A stretch of 64,000 nt of DNA, taken from the IMG/VR virus record IMGVR_UViG_3300020036_003099, positions 1-64,000 of that record; one strand, given 5' to 3'. Within the stretch, counting starts at the first letter, position 1. The number at the start of each line of letters is the position of its first letter. This document shows, in pieces, positions 10,085-20,032 of the stretch. Position numbers and translations under genes: made by a program. The notes under the pieces are model-generated. The model did not search any database. It was not told where the DNA came from and saw nothing but the letters and a program-made list of their open reading frames with translations. Origin of the DNA: a virus. Taxonomy: Duplodnaviria; Caudoviricetes.

Positions 10085-10624
10085 CTAATCTCCGAAATCT
10101 ATTTCTCGGGTCTTAGTTGGTTGATCGCGGGTGGTTTTATAGTCACCTTTGAAATTGTGTTTACGAAGGTCGTCAACCAAAGCACGGCTGCGGTTCCTCG
10201 TTTCATTTTCCAGGTAAGCCCTTTTCTTAGCTTTATGCGAAAGGGAGACCTTGGCTAAAACCAGATCCCCTACGGAGATTAGGTCTTTATGCTTATCGAC
10301 TTCACTGGCGAAAAATCCCGCTAGGGATGTGTTCATCTCAGGAACGTCTTCTTTAACCAGAAACGTATATTTGTCTGCCTCTTTTCGTTTGATGTTGTTA
10401 ACATCCAACTCGCCGTTATTCACGTAAACGCGAACCCATTGGAGATCATAACCCTGTCTTTTAAACCTATCGATGGCTGTCTGTGGAATATCCAAAGAAC
10501 CAGGCGGTTTGTAAGTTTCATCCAGATCTTCTGGAACGGGTGACTCTAGGGCCAATTCGGCTTCAATAGCAGGACTAATATCTTTAATCCTCATTTCTTG
10601 TTTCGGTTTGTAGTCTTTGGTCAT
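10085..10624 (-). CDS. Hypothetical head-module protein
   Basis: 179-aa ORF between scaffold and capsid genes. Confidence 0.65.
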   Translation of the reverse strand: MTKDYKPKQEMRIKDISPAIEAELALESPVPEDLDETYKPPGSLDIPQTAIDRFKRQGYDLQWVRVYVNNGELDVNNIKRKEADKYTFLVKEDVPEMNTSLAGFFASEVDKHKDLISVGDLVLAKVSLSHKAKKRAYLENETRNRSRALVDDLRKHNFKGDYKTTRDQPTKTREIDFGD

Positions 10625-10631
10625 TTTGCTT

Positions 10632-11714
10632 TTAATCCTTAAATATCTTTACGTAAGAGGAGCCTTGCTTTTCAGCGATTTCCAATTTTCTTTTTTCTTT
10701 TGCGTAGTCCAAATACGAAACTCCCATGAGGTCCGCTAAGGATTTTTCTTCAGCACTAAGTGTGATTTTATTGGAAGGTGGGGCTTTACGAGAAGAGGAT
10801 CGGCTGGTGCCTAAGACTTTCTGCGAAATCTTTTTCTTTTGAGTGTTTTTAACGTCACCGCTCTTTGACGAAGTTTCTTCTTCTTCGGAGTCTAGATCAT
10901 CTTCCTTGTCTTTCGCAAGTCCTAGCTTAATTAATCTTTTGTCTATCAAATCATAAAACTCTTTTGACTCTGGGTCGTAGCCTTTACGGATCAAACTTTC
11001 GTTGTAAATTTTAACTTCTTGGATACGCTCTATGTCGTCACGACCTTCAGGGTCTAAAAACCAGGAGTTGTTTTTAATCCAGGTTTGCGTAGCTTTTGGG
11101 GCATTTTCAAGTTTAGGTTGCTTTTGAACAACAACCTCTTCCTCTTCTTCCTCTTCAGGTTCCAGAATAGGATCTGGTTTCCAGCTGTCGAGGGCTTTCA
11201 AAGCCAACTGAGCGTCACCCAGTTTGGCAGTAAGTTCAACAATCGCTTCAGAGTTGTCTTCTTCGTGAGCCTTTGTTAGTTGCTTTTTGGTAGCCTCTAG
11301 GATTGCCGCATAGGAGACCTTCTGGGATTCCACGGTGTTCTTAAGGGTTTCCTGTTTGTCTTTTTTAGCTTTAAAGAGTTCTTGTTTCTGATCTTTTAAA
11401 GCTTTAACCAAAGCTGCCCGCGCTTTTTCAGCCTCTTCGGCTCTACGCTCAGCCTCTTTTGCTTTGGCGTTTAACTCCCGTATGCGCTCGTTGGCGCGGG
11501 ATTTTTTAGGAACGGCGGGTTCTTCGTCCTCTTCTTCATCGTTCGTGCTGAAACTGATTTCGTCATCGGTTTTACCGGTGTCTTCTTGGTCAGTATCTTC
11601 GTCCTCATCATCTTCTTCTTCGAGACCTTCAAGTTCAAGATCTTCGTCGTCTTCCAAATCGTCTGTTTTTAAGTTTTTATAGTCGTCTGGGTTAATAGGT
11701 GTCCATTTAGTCAT
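10632..11714 (-). CDS. Putative scaffolding protein
   Basis: Very acidic N-terminus, coiled coil, C-terminal ITLSAEEKSLADLMGVSYLDYAKEK; located between portal and MCP. Confidence 0.65.
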   Translation of the reverse strand: MTKWTPINPDDYKNLKTDDLEDDEDLELEGLEEEDDEDEDTDQEDTGKTDDEISFSTNDEEEDEEPAVPKKSRANERIRELNAKAKEAERRAEEAEKARAALVKALKDQKQELFKAKKDKQETLKNTVESQKVSYAAILEATKKQLTKAHEEDNSEAIVELTAKLGDAQLALKALDSWKPDPILEPEEEEEEEVVVQKQPKLENAPKATQTWIKNNSWFLDPEGRDDIERIQEVKIYNESLIRKGYDPESKEFYDLIDKRLIKLGLAKDKEDDLDSEEEETSSKSGDVKNTQKKKISQKVLGTSRSSSRKAPPSNKITLSAEEKSLADLMGVSYLDYAKEKRKLEIAEKQGSSYVKIFKD

Positions 11715-11751
11715 TTTTCGCTGTTAACGCTGTACAGTGGCGGGGTAGTGT

Positions 11752-12165
11752 TTAGGAGTTCGGAACCACTCCTATGTTGAATTTGGGGTCAATAGTCGCA
11801 GGATCGTCAATGACTGCCAGGACCCGATCACAGGCAATCAAAAGAACCGGAACACCCCGTAGGAGTATTTTGGTTCCAGAATTTTTAGGGAGTAAAACGT
11901 AGTCGCCAGGTTTACACCAAGCAACACCCTTAAAGGCTTCTTGTGTGTAAGCCATGGGGCCCACAGCTAAAACCAAAGCTACGTTATTCAAATAAGCCAC
12001 GTCATCTCTGGCTTCGTCCGGCAAGATAATGCCACCTTTGGTTTTTTCGTCTACTTTCGTAGGTTGAACCAAAATGTTCCAACCCTGTAGGTTAAACCCC
12101 GAGAAATCTACAGGGCCTTCACTCATTTTCGTTTTAGTTTCGTCTAGAATTGTTAAAGTCTTCAT
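11752..12165 (-). CDS. groES: Co-chaperonin GroES (Cpn10) family protein
   Basis: ILVQP....EKTKGGIILPD, VLAVGP, WCKPGDYVL motifs. Confidence 0.85.
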   Translation of the reverse strand: MKTLTILDETKTKMSEGPVDFSGFNLQGWNILVQPTKVDEKTKGGIILPDEARDDVAYLNNVALVLAVGPMAYTQEAFKGVAWCKPGDYVLLPKNSGTKILLRGVPVLLIACDRVLAVIDDPATIDPKFNIGVVPNS

Positions 12166-12361
12166 CGGCTTCGTCTTCGTTACGATACAACTTGTCGTAG
12201 ATCTCGTTGAAAATCTCCAAAGATTCCTCTAGGGTCACCACGTAGACACAAGCTTTTTTATAAGCCAACTCATCAAAGTGACCTTTGCAAATAAGGTCTT
12301 TGTGATCGTTGATCCTCGTGGTCAGTTCTTTGATAAAAATCTTTTTTAGTTGTTCATTCAT
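12134..12361 (-). CDS. Hypothetical protein (ATG 12361 preferred over TTG 12400)
   Basis: The 12400 TTG is the -35 box of a promoter; ATG at 12361 gives 75 aa. Confidence 0.65.
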   Translation of the reverse strand: MNEQLKKIFIKELTTRINDHKDLICKGHFDELAYKKACVYVVTLEESLEIFNEIYDKLYRNEDEADEDFNNSRRN

Positions 12362-12371
12362 CCAGCTGAAT

Positions 12372-12400
12372 AGTTTATTCGCTTTAATATGTAAAGTCAA
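12372..12400 (-). promoter_or_regulatory. sigma70-like promoter for head assembly genes
   Basis: TTGACT-17 nt-TAAACT on minus strand; GACTTTACATATT also occurs upstream of terL (~16674-16686). Confidence 0.6.
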
Positions 12401-12405
12401 AACTT

Positions 12406-14835
12406 TTATTCTTTAGTTTTTGGTTTCTCGGTTTTGGCTTTAGCAGTTCTGTCTTTCTCCTTAGACGCAACATCGATAGCTTTTGAAACAAAGTCAGACA
12501 TCTGTTTCATTTGAGCTTGCGTTTGCTGGGTTTCCGCTTGCATAGCCGCAACAACCAATTTGTTTTCTTCGGCTTGCTGCTTGAGAGCCAGCTCCATGGA
12601 TTTCAAGGTGCGCTCGAAAAGACTTTCTTGCATTTCAAGTTGTAGCTTTCTACCTTCGTTTTGAGCCCGCATGACTTCAGCATCAGCCAGTTTATTCTTG
12701 GCACCGTCCACACCTTGGGCTTCCAGCTCGGCCAGTCTTTGGTTTGTTTGAGCGATCTTCTGAGCGGCTTGACCGACAATTTGTTCGTTCATTTGCTGGT
12801 TAGGATCGCCGCCAGCGATGGTGCCGCTAATGCTTTCTTGGAACTTCAAGATAACGTGCTCTTGAATGTTCGCTTGGATTATCGGAATAATAGCTTGCAT
12901 AAAAGGTGAGCCACCGCTTTGGGGATCTTGTAAGAAAGCCGACTTCACTTGGATGTGACTGTCGTGATCCTGTCCAGGGAAAGCCTTTATAGGTTTACCT
13001 TGCTGGGCCGCTAAAAGATCTGAAATAGGATCTTGCTCTTGAGGTTGCTCGGGGTCAGGTAGGAAAAGAGTTATCTTTTGTGTATCTACACCCAAGGACT
13101 CGTAGTATTCCTTTGTCACGGCCCTGATGTCGTGGATCTGCGGGGTTTGCATAGCCGCCGTGTAGATGGCTTGTGCCTGTGTCATACGCTGCGCCTGAGA
13201 CGAGATGTTGGGGTCTGACTGTGGAACCACGTCAACTCTACCGTCATAGTCACTCTTTTGGATCTCAAAAGTGTCACCTACAACGTCAAACTCTTCGACT
13301 TCACCCAGATACTCGTAGTTGATACGTGCCAGGATCTTGAACTCTTCCTTTTGGGCTTTGTGAAGACGCTTGTGAACCCCGGAGAAAAACTTGGAAGAAG
13401 CCTCTAAAAGAGCCATCGTGGTTCCTACAGGGCCGTAGTTCGTAGAGTCGGCAATCATTTGCTCGGCTGTATCAGCAAACTTCTGGGCGCGTTCTTCGAC
13501 AAACTGGTACATCTGCAAAAGTGTAACCGAGGGTTCTTTGAAAGGCATAAGCTTGAAAGCTTTGTCCAGATCCAGACCACCACACTCAACTTCTTTAAAC
13601 TGTCCAGGTCCTAAAGGTCCATCGTCACGAAGTCTGAGGCGTTTGTCTACAAACCCTGCGTTTAGGTTGGCAAACATACCAGAATCAATAAGGGCCCTCA
13701 TGGTCGAAGTTAGGGTCATCTGCAGGTTTCCCAAGAGGTGAATGTACCCGAGCCCATAGAAGCCCATACCAGGAACAAATTTATAGTGCGTGAAAACTTG
13801 CAACCTTTCTTTTTTCAGGTCTTCCTCAGCCCAGCCTCGGCGGATGGCCAGAACTGTTTGCGTTTCTCTTTCAAAAGTCAAAATGTAAGGTAAGGCTAAA
13901 CCGTCAGGATCTGCAAATCTACCGGGGAGATCCAGATATGTGTGCTGTTCCACAAGTGTGTAAACCCTGTCGGCATCCGAGGGGTTGAAGCCCATGATGT
14001 CGTCAACCGCTTGGGTCAAATCACCTTCATCTCCGTAGCCCACGGGGGCTCCCAGATCGACATCTTTGTAGACACCTTGTACTTTCAACTTTTTAAGCTC
14101 GTCACCGTTGACAGACATCACATGTGAAAATGTGTGTGCGCTTTCCAGGTTTGTCGTCGTATAAGGAACGATCAGACTATCCACCGAAACATATTCCGAA
14201 GCTGGGCGCTTAAGAGCCGAGTCGTAGTAAGTCTTTTTAAAACAAGAACCGATAATAGGCAAAAAGAACAAAAGCGTTTCCTGTTCGTCAAAAAACTCCT
14301 TTATTTGCTCCATAACCTGGTAGTTCATGTGGGCTCTGACCCTTTGGGCCTGACTTTCTTTTTCAGGCGTGACTTTCCCTAGAACCTGTGTTTTCACGGG
14401 TCCTTTAGGGTTAAAGAGCTCTGTTGAAGCCTTTGCCTGGAACTTAACCGCAGACTCAAGGATGAGCGGGTGATGGGCGCTGCAAGCGCCAGGAAAGGGG
14501 TCGTTTGTTTCTTCGATACGGGTTCCTAAAAGGGATAAACCACCTTTGATGCCATCCAACCACTGCTTCCGAGAGCTCTCCGCATCGACCAGCTGCTCGT
14601 AACCATTAGCGGCGATGGCTTGGAGCTCTTGTTCATCCAGGAACTCCGCGATGTTCTCGTCAAAGTCAAAGTCACCTTCGGTGAAGGGGTCCTCACCTTC
14701 CTCGGTGTCCTGGGGTTCAAAGTCAAACTCCGTAGAGCCATCGTCAAACTCCGTAACTCCCACCGATTCATCAGGGGCATCAAAAGGTGTTTGCTCTGCC
14801 AAGGCAGAACCTAAAGGGTTTTTAGTCGTTATCAA
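12406..14835 (-). CDS. Portal protein
   Basis: 809 aa directly downstream of terL; HPLILESAVKFQA, FLPIIGSCFKK, GFYGLGYIHL, PVGTTMALLE, YDGRVDVVPQSDPN motifs. Confidence 0.9.
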   Translation of the reverse strand: MITTKNPLGSALAEQTPFDAPDESVGVTEFDDGSTEFDFEPQDTEEGEDPFTEGDFDFDENIAEFLDEQELQAIAANGYEQLVDAESSRKQWLDGIKGGLSLLGTRIEETNDPFPGACSAHHPLILESAVKFQAKASTELFNPKGPVKTQVLGKVTPEKESQAQRVRAHMNYQVMEQIKEFFDEQETLLFFLPIIGSCFKKTYYDSALKRPASEYVSVDSLIVPYTTTNLESAHTFSHVMSVNGDELKKLKVQGVYKDVDLGAPVGYGDEGDLTQAVDDIMGFNPSDADRVYTLVEQHTYLDLPGRFADPDGLALPYILTFERETQTVLAIRRGWAEEDLKKERLQVFTHYKFVPGMGFYGLGYIHLLGNLQMTLTSTMRALIDSGMFANLNAGFVDKRLRLRDDGPLGPGQFKEVECGGLDLDKAFKLMPFKEPSVTLLQMYQFVEERAQKFADTAEQMIADSTNYGPVGTTMALLEASSKFFSGVHKRLHKAQKEEFKILARINYEYLGEVEEFDVVGDTFEIQKSDYDGRVDVVPQSDPNISSQAQRMTQAQAIYTAAMQTPQIHDIRAVTKEYYESLGVDTQKITLFLPDPEQPQEQDPISDLLAAQQGKPIKAFPGQDHDSHIQVKSAFLQDPQSGGSPFMQAIIPIIQANIQEHVILKFQESISGTIAGGDPNQQMNEQIVGQAAQKIAQTNQRLAELEAQGVDGAKNKLADAEVMRAQNEGRKLQLEMQESLFERTLKSMELALKQQAEENKLVVAAMQAETQQTQAQMKQMSDFVSKAIDVASKEKDRTAKAKTEKPKTKE

Positions 14836-14855
14836 AGGAATTTGTGTCCGCGTGT

Positions 14856-16634
14856 TTATAAACGGCCCGCTAAGGCAGACCAGTAAGTGCTTTGAGGTTT
14901 GGCGTTATTGTCTCGATCTTCGTCTTCTGGATCGGTGTAGTCGTATTTTTCGTGTCTGATTATACCGTTATCGCGCATCCAGATAACAGCCATCGATACG
15001 GTGTCGGTAAAGTCGTCATTTGCAGCGCTGGGAAAAGAACAAACTTCTTCCACCACGTCCACGGCCCAGTCCTTGTCCACAGGAACCCAGACCCTACCAG
15101 CCCGCATAAGGATACTTGCAGCTTGCAACCGCTCCTCTTTCTTTGCGCGGGGATCGTAAGGAATGCAAGGGAACCCTCGATTATACAACTCAGCCAAAAG
15201 CCCGATCCCTGACTGCTTCTTCTCTACAACAAAATAATCTGGGTTAAACCTGGCCCGTAAGTTTTCACATTTCTGACACAGCTCGTGAAAGTCCCACTTT
15301 CCCTTTTCGGCGTCCAAAAGAAGCAAACTGGGGACCCAGATGGTTCCTTCCGTCGTTTCCTTCGCAACGTGAAAAACTCCCCAGACTGTAACCGCTGAAA
15401 AGTCAGATCTCTCTGTCTCCTGATACGCGGTGTCCATCGAGACGATTATCTGGGAGACCTTAGGTTTTCCCTTGATCTCTTCGTCCCACCACTGCCAGTC
15501 CGTATGTTTGACAATGTTCCCATCTTGAGGGATGGGATTTTGCATATACAACGCCCACCACTTGTAAGGCTCGGTGGACATGTAGTTCGACTTTAACTCC
15601 TCAAGCTCTTCAATAGGCTTCCATTCGGGCCAATAGGATGTTCCCATCTCATACCAGCCTTCAGGATCTCCTGGACGCTTCAGCAGCTTTGACCCTGCCT
15701 CGTCCAAAATAGCTGGGACACAAACGATCTTCCAGGGCCGCTTGCTCTTGGCGTCCACCTTCAGGAGGAATCCTGAGGGGTCGTCCAGAACCCATCGTGT
15801 GTTAACCATCAGCTCGGCAGCTCCTGGTTGGCTCCGTGAGCGGATACCTGGGATGTAGTTGTTGTTGATCTTCGTACGCTCTGTCTTGGAGAAAGCCGTT
15901 TGTTCGGAAAGCATATCGTCGCAAATTATAAAATCCCCACCTCGACCAGCAATCCCTGTTCCGGCACCGGCGCAGAAGTAACCGCCACCGAGGGTCGTAA
16001 AGAACCGCTGGGCTGCTGAAGCCTTGGGGTCCAGCTGGGTTCTGGGGAAAATCGATTGGTATTCTTCGGTTGCCAAGAAGTTCTTTAAAGGTCTGCCAAA
16101 CACATCGATGGCTGTTTGCACCGATCCGCCAATCAGCAGTACGCGGAACCGAGGGTTTCGCCCTAGGACCCACGCAGGGAACAGGATAGAACACAGGACG
16201 CTCTTCATCGATCTTGGGGGCAGGAAGACCTGTAGGCGCTCTGTACGCCTCTTGGGGTCCACGTAGCTCTCGTAAAGGCTCTGAAGATGATCACAGATGA
16301 TCTCTATGTGTCGCCCTGTCTTAAACTTGTTGGGGATCACAACCTCAGCTGTGAGCTTTACAAACGTGTAGAAGTCAAACCTGGCCTCGTTGATTACCAG
16401 GTTTAAAAGAAAGTCACGAACCCTTTCCCTGATTATGGGCGGTACAGAGGATGTTTGCTCGGTCAAGAAGGACACGATCTTCGAACGCAAGCTCTTGAGC
16501 CTGAGGAGCTCCTCTGGTAGGGTTATGAGGTAATCAGCTACGTGGATACGCTCACCTTCGGTTAAAGAACTGTATTCGCTCTTTAAAAGGGATTCGACCA
16601 GCTGCTTTTGGGATGTTATAGTTTCCTGTGACAA
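14856..16634 (-). CDS. terL: Terminase large subunit
   Basis: PPRSMKS Walker A, IICDD Walker B, YMQNP, MDTA nuclease motif, DDFTD; TTG start with SD-like GGTGATC. Confidence 0.95.
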   Translation of the reverse strand: MSQETITSQKQLVESLLKSEYSSLTEGERIHVADYLITLPEELLRLKSLRSKIVSFLTEQTSSVPPIIRERVRDFLLNLVINEARFDFYTFVKLTAEVVIPNKFKTGRHIEIICDHLQSLYESYVDPKRRTERLQVFLPPRSMKSVLCSILFPAWVLGRNPRFRVLLIGGSVQTAIDVFGRPLKNFLATEEYQSIFPRTQLDPKASAAQRFFTTLGGGYFCAGAGTGIAGRGGDFIICDDMLSEQTAFSKTERTKINNNYIPGIRSRSQPGAAELMVNTRWVLDDPSGFLLKVDAKSKRPWKIVCVPAILDEAGSKLLKRPGDPEGWYEMGTSYWPEWKPIEELEELKSNYMSTEPYKWWALYMQNPIPQDGNIVKHTDWQWWDEEIKGKPKVSQIIVSMDTAYQETERSDFSAVTVWGVFHVAKETTEGTIWVPSLLLLDAEKGKWDFHELCQKCENLRARFNPDYFVVEKKQSGIGLLAELYNRGFPCIPYDPRAKKEERLQAASILMRAGRVWVPVDKDWAVDVVEEVCSFPSAANDDFTDTVSMAVIWMRDNGIIRHEKYDYTDPEDEDRDNNAKPQSTYWSALAGRL

Positions 16635-16900
16635 AAAAAAGGGATCACCCTTAAAACAAGGGCTTCATTTACAATATGTAAAGTCTAAAGGGTTTTTTGT
16701 TCAAAAACAAGACAAAGTTAAAATCTTGTCAATAGGTAAACGAAAAAATATTTTTAACCCTTTCCTACCTCATGGGTTAATCTTAAGGGTAAACAGGTCC
16801 TTAAGTGAAAACAATGAGTTATCTACCTTTTAGGGTTTTCTTTAGATTTCTAAAGTGTGTTAAAAAGATCACTTACAAGAGTTTAAAGAAAATATTTTTC

Positions 16901-16928
16901 TTGACTTAAAGAGATCATAGTTTATACT
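16901..16928 (+). promoter_or_regulatory. sigma70-like promoter in terS-terL spacer, antisense to late operon
   Basis: TTGACT(16901-06)-16 nt-TATACT(16923-28). Confidence 0.5.
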
Positions 16929-17492
16929 AATATTTAGATCTCTCTCCCTTATGGTTTACCCTTATGAATTCTCAAAGGTAAAAAGGGTCAATAATAAGTT
17001 TAAACAATATGAGTTTTATCTCTCTTATGTTAATCCTTTTATGATTAAATCATTAATGATTAAACAATAACAGTTGTAGCCGCAAAAGATGACCTTTAAA
17101 GTTAATAACTGTTATAGATTATCCTTTTATCTTTTCCTTAAAAATAAAAGCTATTATTGATTATACCCTTTATCATTAATCAATGTTATCTTACTCTTAA
17201 GGGTTAAGATCAGCGATAGGGTTGGTCCCTGAGGGTTAATCTTAAGGAAGGGTAAATACCAGTTTTAATTTATGTTGATTAGTTAATAAGGAGAGCTAAA
17301 GCTCAGGAGTACGCCTCTACGAGGCTAGTGCCGCGATCTTAGTAACTTGAGAATATATTAAGTTAGATACTTATAAAGTAAAACCCCCTAGGGATTCCTA
17401 AGGGGTTCGTTGCACTCAACGTACTAGCGTAGCGTTGTTTAGTTATAAGTGGCTGATAATAAAAGAGTAAACTGTCTCTTCTTCAAAGAAAC

Positions 17493-17987
17493 TTAATTGA
17501 TTATAGTATCTTCAGGGACCTCTACAGCTTCCCCTTTAGATTTTCCTAAGACGTTGGCAAATCTATCCAGGTCTTTTTGCAAATCTCCACTCTTATCAGT
17601 CAAGCCTTCTCCTTTCGTTATCTTCGTCACCTCAGACTTCTTCACTTCAAAGCCGCCTATGGCATCCAGCCTTTCCAAAGCTTTAATAGCTCCAGCAGCC
17701 TGTCCCTTAGACATGCAAAGCTGGTAGATCTCGTGGTATTTCCGTATTTGTTCCTGGACATCCAAACCATACGTCTCAGCACGATCTTCTTTCAGCTCTT
17801 CAATCCTACGGATAATCCTAGGGTCCTTCTCCAGACCATGCCCTTGTTTCCCTGGGTAGTTCGAATTAGGATACGCCATCCTAGCAGCCATCGTCTTCGT
17901 TTTACCCGAAGCTCTTTGTTCGCAATAGATCTCCATGGCCGGTGAAAGGTCACCCCCAGGGAAATCAAAGTCAGATTCATTACTCAT
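17493..17987 (-). CDS. terS: Terminase small subunit
   Basis: HTH-like N-terminus (YCEQRASGKTKTMAARMAY...PRIIRRIEELK), AIKALERL motif; upstream of terL. Confidence 0.7.
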   Translation of the reverse strand: MSNESDFDFPGGDLSPAMEIYCEQRASGKTKTMAARMAYPNSNYPGKQGHGLEKDPRIIRRIEELKEDRAETYGLDVQEQIRKYHEIYQLCMSKGQAAGAIKALERLDAIGGFEVKKSEVTKITKGEGLTDKSGDLQKDLDRFANVLGKSKGEAVEVPEDTIIN

Positions 17988-17999
17988 TGGTCAATCGTC

Positions 18000-18860
18000 T
18001 CATTCAGTATACTTCCTCAAAATCCTACGGATTTATGAAGATCACTTTTTCCAAATTTTGAAAAAAAAAAAAGATACCTCTTCTTCTTTTACGTTTCCCC
18101 TGAAGAGGCCCGCCGGTGCTTCTGCACTTGGCACTTTTCTCCTACAGAAAAAAGATACCCCAGGTGGCTCTCAGGAGGTTCCCTGATGCCCTCAGAAAAA
18201 GCTCGTGTGGGTGGGTACCTGAGACATCATAGGGGTTTTCTAGGGGTTCCACAAGGGAACCTACGGGGTTCTAGTCGAGCCAAAAATTTCCAAAAATATT
18301 AGACACGCTTAGTACACATTTAAGGGGACCCCCTAGATTTTCCTTGGGGGGTTGCCATAATCCGTTTACATATATCAGAGGGTTTCCATACTATATATTA
18401 TCACATTAGGATTGTTAGGGATATCAATGGGTTAACCTAGAGGGGACCTTAGGGGTCTGTACTATGTCTATTCATCATACGTTTGTTCTACTGTTATGTC
18501 AATCATATTCAGGAAATTAGTCATATTATATCTTATCGATACCTAACACGTTGCGATGAATACAACCTATGGTTTTAAGGTATTATAATACCGCATGACA
18601 CTCATGAACCCCTTAGGGTTTCTTATGGTAAACCCTTAAGGTATCCATCGAGGTTATGTCTATTCATGTTATGTTAAGTATTCAAGCGCTACGCTTGCGT
18701 ACATTGTCAACCAATATTATCTATTGACTTACTCATTAGGGTATGTCTTGAGGGTTTACTTATGCGTTTATTGCATAACAGGGTTGCAAACATATCATAA
18801 ACACTCAAGTGAAATACGTGTTAGTCTGGTCTTAGTTAAATAGATAACGTCAAAGATTGA
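18000..18860. other. Non-coding divergent control region between late and early arms (candidate genome terminus/origin)
   Basis: No credible ORF; transcription direction switches here; TATGTC x4 and CCCTTAGGG-type repeats. Confidence 0.5.
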
Positions 18861-18874
18861 AAGGGGATAAAGAG

Positions 18875-19057
18875 ATGAATGCAATACAAACTGTTAAGCT
18901 ACCTAACGTTTACTCAAATGCAGGCAAGCGGGATAAAACCTTAAACAAATATTTTAATATGCCCGAATTCGTTATGAGGAACGGGGTTATGATTAACATA
19001 AGAGACCATAACAAAACGTTAGGGATCAACGGTTCGCGTAAAGCTATTAAGGGCTAG
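18875..19057 (+). CDS. Early hypothetical protein
   Basis: ATG 18875 preceded by AAAGGGG. Confidence 0.45.
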   Translation: MNAIQTVKLPNVYSNAGKRDKTLNKYFNMPEFVMRNGVMINIRDHNKTLGINGSRKAIKG

Positions 19058-19391
19058 GCTTAACAGAAACCCTTAAGGGTATCCAAAGGGGTTTCGATTA
19101 AGACTATCTAAAGGTTTTAGGTTCTCAATGACCAGATATTGGGGGAATGAATGACAAGGAACATTCGCGCATACAAATCCTTGTTATCTACACGGGACCG
19201 ACCTGTTATTGATTAGACCATCTTAGGGAGAATAGACGCGATAGGTTCGCGCTTGTCCTAGGAAAGGGAGTTTAAAAGCACTCGCAAGCGGTAAGTGAGA
19301 ATTTGTCTCACAAATTGGAACGTAAAACAAATAATCCTGTCTAATAAAACCCTTTGGGATAATCTAGGGGCTTTATCTGAAAGGATTTTAA

Positions 19392-19568
19392 ATGAATATT
19401 GTAGACCATACAAACAAAGCTTTAACAGGTAAACAAAAAGAAGTTATGTTAACTCACATTGAACAAGGTTTTGTAGGTAGGTGTATTCACTGTGATATGA
19501 CTTTTATTGTGACTAAACACTGCACTATTGACAAAGAAACAAGCGGCTTTGAATGCGGCTGTCTTTAA
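19392..19568 (+). CDS. Small Cys-rich early protein (58 aa)
   Basis: Below ORF-track cutoff; AAGGA RBS; CIHC...C...CGC. Confidence 0.55.
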   Translation: MNIVDHTNKALTGKQKEVMLTHIEQGFVGRCIHCDMTFIVTKHCTIDKETSGFECGCL

Positions 19569-19834
19569 CGAAAAGAACCTCAACGTGTTGGGGAAAGTAA
19601 GGAATGTAATGACAAACCTAGCAATAACGGAACTAAAAAACCCTGATTCTCAATATTAAGTGGACGATATTGTAAAAGCAATTATCTTGTACAATGAAAC
19701 AAAGAGTGAAAGGAAAACTAACACATGCTAACGATATGGGAATTCAACACTTTCAAAGTGTACAAAGCTTTAGGGTTTACCCTTTGGAATACCCAAGAGG
19801 GAATCTTTCTGTACTTTAGGGGGGTAAAGATACT

Positions 19835-20014
19835 ATGAAAGTCAAAGTAGAGCAGTGTTTTAACGGTCATAACCTTTATTACAGGTTAACTTTACCGGAT
19901 GGATCAAGGGAATTTATAACAAGTGATACATGGAAAAGAGAACAATCCATCGCCGCTAAAAACTTAATCGAAACCTTGTACAAAATACCTAGAAACAAAA
20001 TAAGGTTTATTTAA
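19835..20014 (+). CDS. Small early hypothetical protein (59 aa)
   Basis: MKVKVEQCFNGHNLYYRLTLPDG...; ends just before ardC RBS. Confidence 0.55.
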   Translation: MKVKVEQCFNGHNLYYRLTLPDGSREFITSDTWKREQSIAAKNLIETLYKIPRNKIRFI

Positions 20015-20032
20015 ACGAAAGGAATAATTCCT

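Noticed and set aside
12362-12400. TTG start at 12400 for ORF 12134-12400
   Set aside because: That TTG is the -35 hexamer of a TTGACT-17-TAAACT promoter; ATG 12361 is more plausible
18061-18072. 12-nt poly-A tract as a phase-variation site
   Set aside because: It lies in non-coding DNA with no ORF or clear promoter spacer affected; may be an assembly artefact
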